From a virus (taxonomy: Duplodnaviria > Caudoviricetes): a stretch of DNA of 64,000 nt. Positions 62,115 to 64,000 of this stretch are shown here, piece after piece (the stretch's first letter is position 1; each line of letters starts with the position of its first letter). Position numbers and translations under genes: made by a program. Below the pieces are notes generated by a model. The model made no database searches. It was not told where the DNA came from and saw only the letters and a program-made list of their open reading frames with translations. The DNA lies in the IMG/VR virus record IMGVR_UViG_3300031992_000019; one strand, written 5' to 3'.

Positions 62115-62975
62115 TCAGCTATTTATTTGACTTAATAATTGATTTATTAAAGCGTCTATCTCTGCTTTCGTGTAGTAGTTGGCACTATTGAAGTTCTTAG
62201 TTCTAAAATGCCCCTTCTCAAACCTTCCCAAGACGTTTCCGCTCTCATCGGTGATGTCCAAGTCGCTTTCAGCCTCCTTGTCAATCACTATCTCCGTGCA
62301 AGCATCCCCGCTATAGAAGTTCTTTGTCCGAAAATGTCCGTTCTCGAATCGACCCAAGACATTGCCATTCATATCGGAGATGTCCAAGTCGCCTTCACCT
62401 TCAGCATCAACCTCTATATTGGAATCACCGCCAATCGGCACAAGTCCGTCATTCTCCCACACGTAGAGTTTCCACTCCTCAATGCAGAAATAAAGTTTCT
62501 CCTCATAGGGTGTCTCCCCATCCGAATACTCGTCCCTATTCACCCAGTTGTTGTAGTATTGGGATAGAGGTGTCACGACACCTTGGACATACCCGAACTC
62601 GTTGTTGTTGGAGAAGAAATACACCTCGTCTGGGGTACTTGTCGCAGTAGAGGATGATGTTTTCACCATACCGCTTGTCTTGATGGCGCGGAAGAATGAT
62701 ACCTTGACCTTTTTAAGCTCTTCTCTTTGCCCGTCTAATGCCTCTGCCGCCGCCTCGTTACTGATGGGGTTCTGACTTGTCGGGTCTAAAACGGTATCAA
62801 CATTATACACGGCATTCTCCGACCGCTCATATAGCTGCCCGAGGTACTCGATGATTTTGTTGTACTCCTCCGAGGTCTGCTTGTAGTTATCTGGGAGGGG
62901 TACAACCACCGAGGTTAGTTTCGGGTATCTGCTTGAGTTTTCAAGATACTCCTTGTTTTCGATTATCGTACTCAT
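62115..62975 (-). CDS. Tail-associated protein with duplicated DLDI.D..GNVLGRFE.GHFRTKNF repeat
   Basis: Two internal repeats; SQNPISN; YYTKAEID. Confidence 0.72.
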   Translation of the reverse strand: MSTIIENKEYLENSSRYPKLTSVVVPLPDNYKQTSEEYNKIIEYLGQLYERSENAVYNVDTVLDPTSQNPISNEAAAEALDGQREELKKVKVSFFRAIKTSGMVKTSSSTATSTPDEVYFFSNNNEFGYVQGVVTPLSQYYNNWVNRDEYSDGETPYEEKLYFCIEEWKLYVWENDGLVPIGGDSNIEVDAEGEGDLDISDMNGNVLGRFENGHFRTKNFYSGDACTEIVIDKEAESDLDITDESGNVLGRFEKGHFRTKNFNSANYYTKAEIDALINQLLSQINS

Positions 62976-63175
62976 TAGAATCCTATTGGGAATGTGTAGT
63001 CAAATGCTGTGTTGTTCTCTTTTTGCTCGTCAATGATGTCCCAGCGCATCCTCAACCTCAATACCTGCATCAAGGTGTCGTGGGTGTCTTCCTCGGGTTT
63101 CATTCGGTTCTCCCCGACTATGTTCACCTCATAGTTGCCTAATCGGGGGTTGCCCGTCACTCTCAAGCATTTCAT
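62975..63175 (-). CDS. Small structural-region protein
   Basis: Ends FDYTFPIGF; coupled to neighbours. Confidence 0.62.
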   Translation of the reverse strand: MKCLRVTGNPRLGNYEVNIVGENRMKPEEDTHDTLMQVLRLRMRWDIIDEQKENNTAFDYTFPIGF

Positions 63176-64000
63176 TGGTCATAGTATCTAAATGTTGCTG
63201 CCGACATCCTTGTCACTATCCAGTCGCAATACCCGTCATTCGGGACGGATTGGAACTCTATTAAACCATAGCCGATACATATATGTATTACGAAATAGAA
63301 CTTTCCAAGTGGCACTGGTGTCAATCCCGAACTCTTGTCCGCGTCACGGCTGACTCCTATGAACGGATAGTTTGGTTGGAAATGAGGTTCAAAATCGCTA
63401 TCGTAGAAGTCTGTCGAGAAATTCAATCCATACGCGCTGACATCGCCCTCGCCAGTAGAGTAGTATTTCGTATTGACAAAAAGGACACACGTACCATTCG
63501 GGCAATAATCCGAAAGGAGCATCTCCTCATCGCGGGTGAGATTCACAGCCAAATCATGATTCACAATGAAGTTTCTGCACGCCCCCACCTCGAATTTCCG
63601 ATACTCGCTGTAACTTATCTTCTCATAGTAATTCCCTTTGAGTAGTTCAAGCAAGTCTATCGAATATATCTCCGAGTATTGGCTTCCGTCCTTCTCATAA
63701 AGGACAGGTATCGTCACGAACTCTTCGACATAGTTCTTTGCCGTGATTGTTCCCGTTATGGACACATCGCCCTCCTCGGTTACTTTGAAGTTCTGCGTGT
63801 TGACAACAAAGTAGGTTGCTTTGATGCCTATCTCGCTATAGTATTGCCCAGATGTTTCATCGTACTTGCAAAACGCGGATATTATCGCAGAAGCCTTTAG
63901 CTCGTCATTCTCCCACAAATCCGACCAAAGGGATGCGAAGTTGGATGTAGTAAGTACACCAGCACCATATAAGAGTTTTGTCACTTGCTGTCCCTCCTCC
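63172..64000 (-). CDS. C-terminal part of a large tail protein (5' end outside window)
   Basis: FKVTEEGDVSITGTITA strand pattern; frame appears open to the edge. Confidence 0.65.
   Translation of the reverse strand, partial: EEGQQVTKLLYGAGVLTTSNFASLWSDLWENDELKASAIISAFCKYDETSGQYYSEIGIKATYFVVNTQNFKVTEEGDVSITGTITAKNYVEEFVTIPVLYEKDGSQYSEIYSIDLLELLKGNYYEKISYSEYRKFEVGACRNFIVNHDLAVNLTRDEEMLLSDYCPNGTCVLFVNTKYYSTGEGDVSAYGLNFSTDFYDSDFEPHFQPNYPFIGVSRDADKSSGLTPVPLGKFYFVIHICIGYGLIEFQSVPNDGYCDWIVTRMSAATFRYYDQ

Overview
A 64-kb segment of a temperate tailed phage of a Bacteroidota host, judged from about 20 TAnnTTTG-type promoters and Bacteroidales-phage gene families. In order it carries: an intein-containing large terminase (runs off the left edge) and the small terminase; several clusters of small basic paralogues flanking a ParB-like and a PAPS-reductase-like (PP-loop) gene; a rightward tail-fibre/esterase cassette; a DNA-methyltransferase cluster; recombination/replication helpers (VRR-NUC, DHFR, NinB-like, SSB, exonuclease, ERF); a repressor and tyrosine integrase; many early hypothetical genes; a holin-endolysin-spanin cassette; and tail/baseplate genes (run off the right edge). 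Two systems stand out. (1) A family of 22 Arg/Lys-rich proteins with a conserved MATR[RK]K N-terminus and a C-terminal Gly (19 of 22), co-transcribed with the ParB/PP-loop pair; one member carries an SprT-like HExxH protease, and a JAB-like gene is embedded in one cluster. (2) A C5-cytosine methyltransferase split into an N-terminal ORF, a C-terminal ORF, and 16 intervening translationally coupled 45-72 aa micro-ORFs that each resemble one target-recognition domain. Three promoter classes were read from the sequence: a GCAC-N11-GTGC box plus TATCTTTGC, ATCCAA-box promoters, and GTAAA-N17-CGTTAT. All family calls come from motif recognition by eye; no database search was run.
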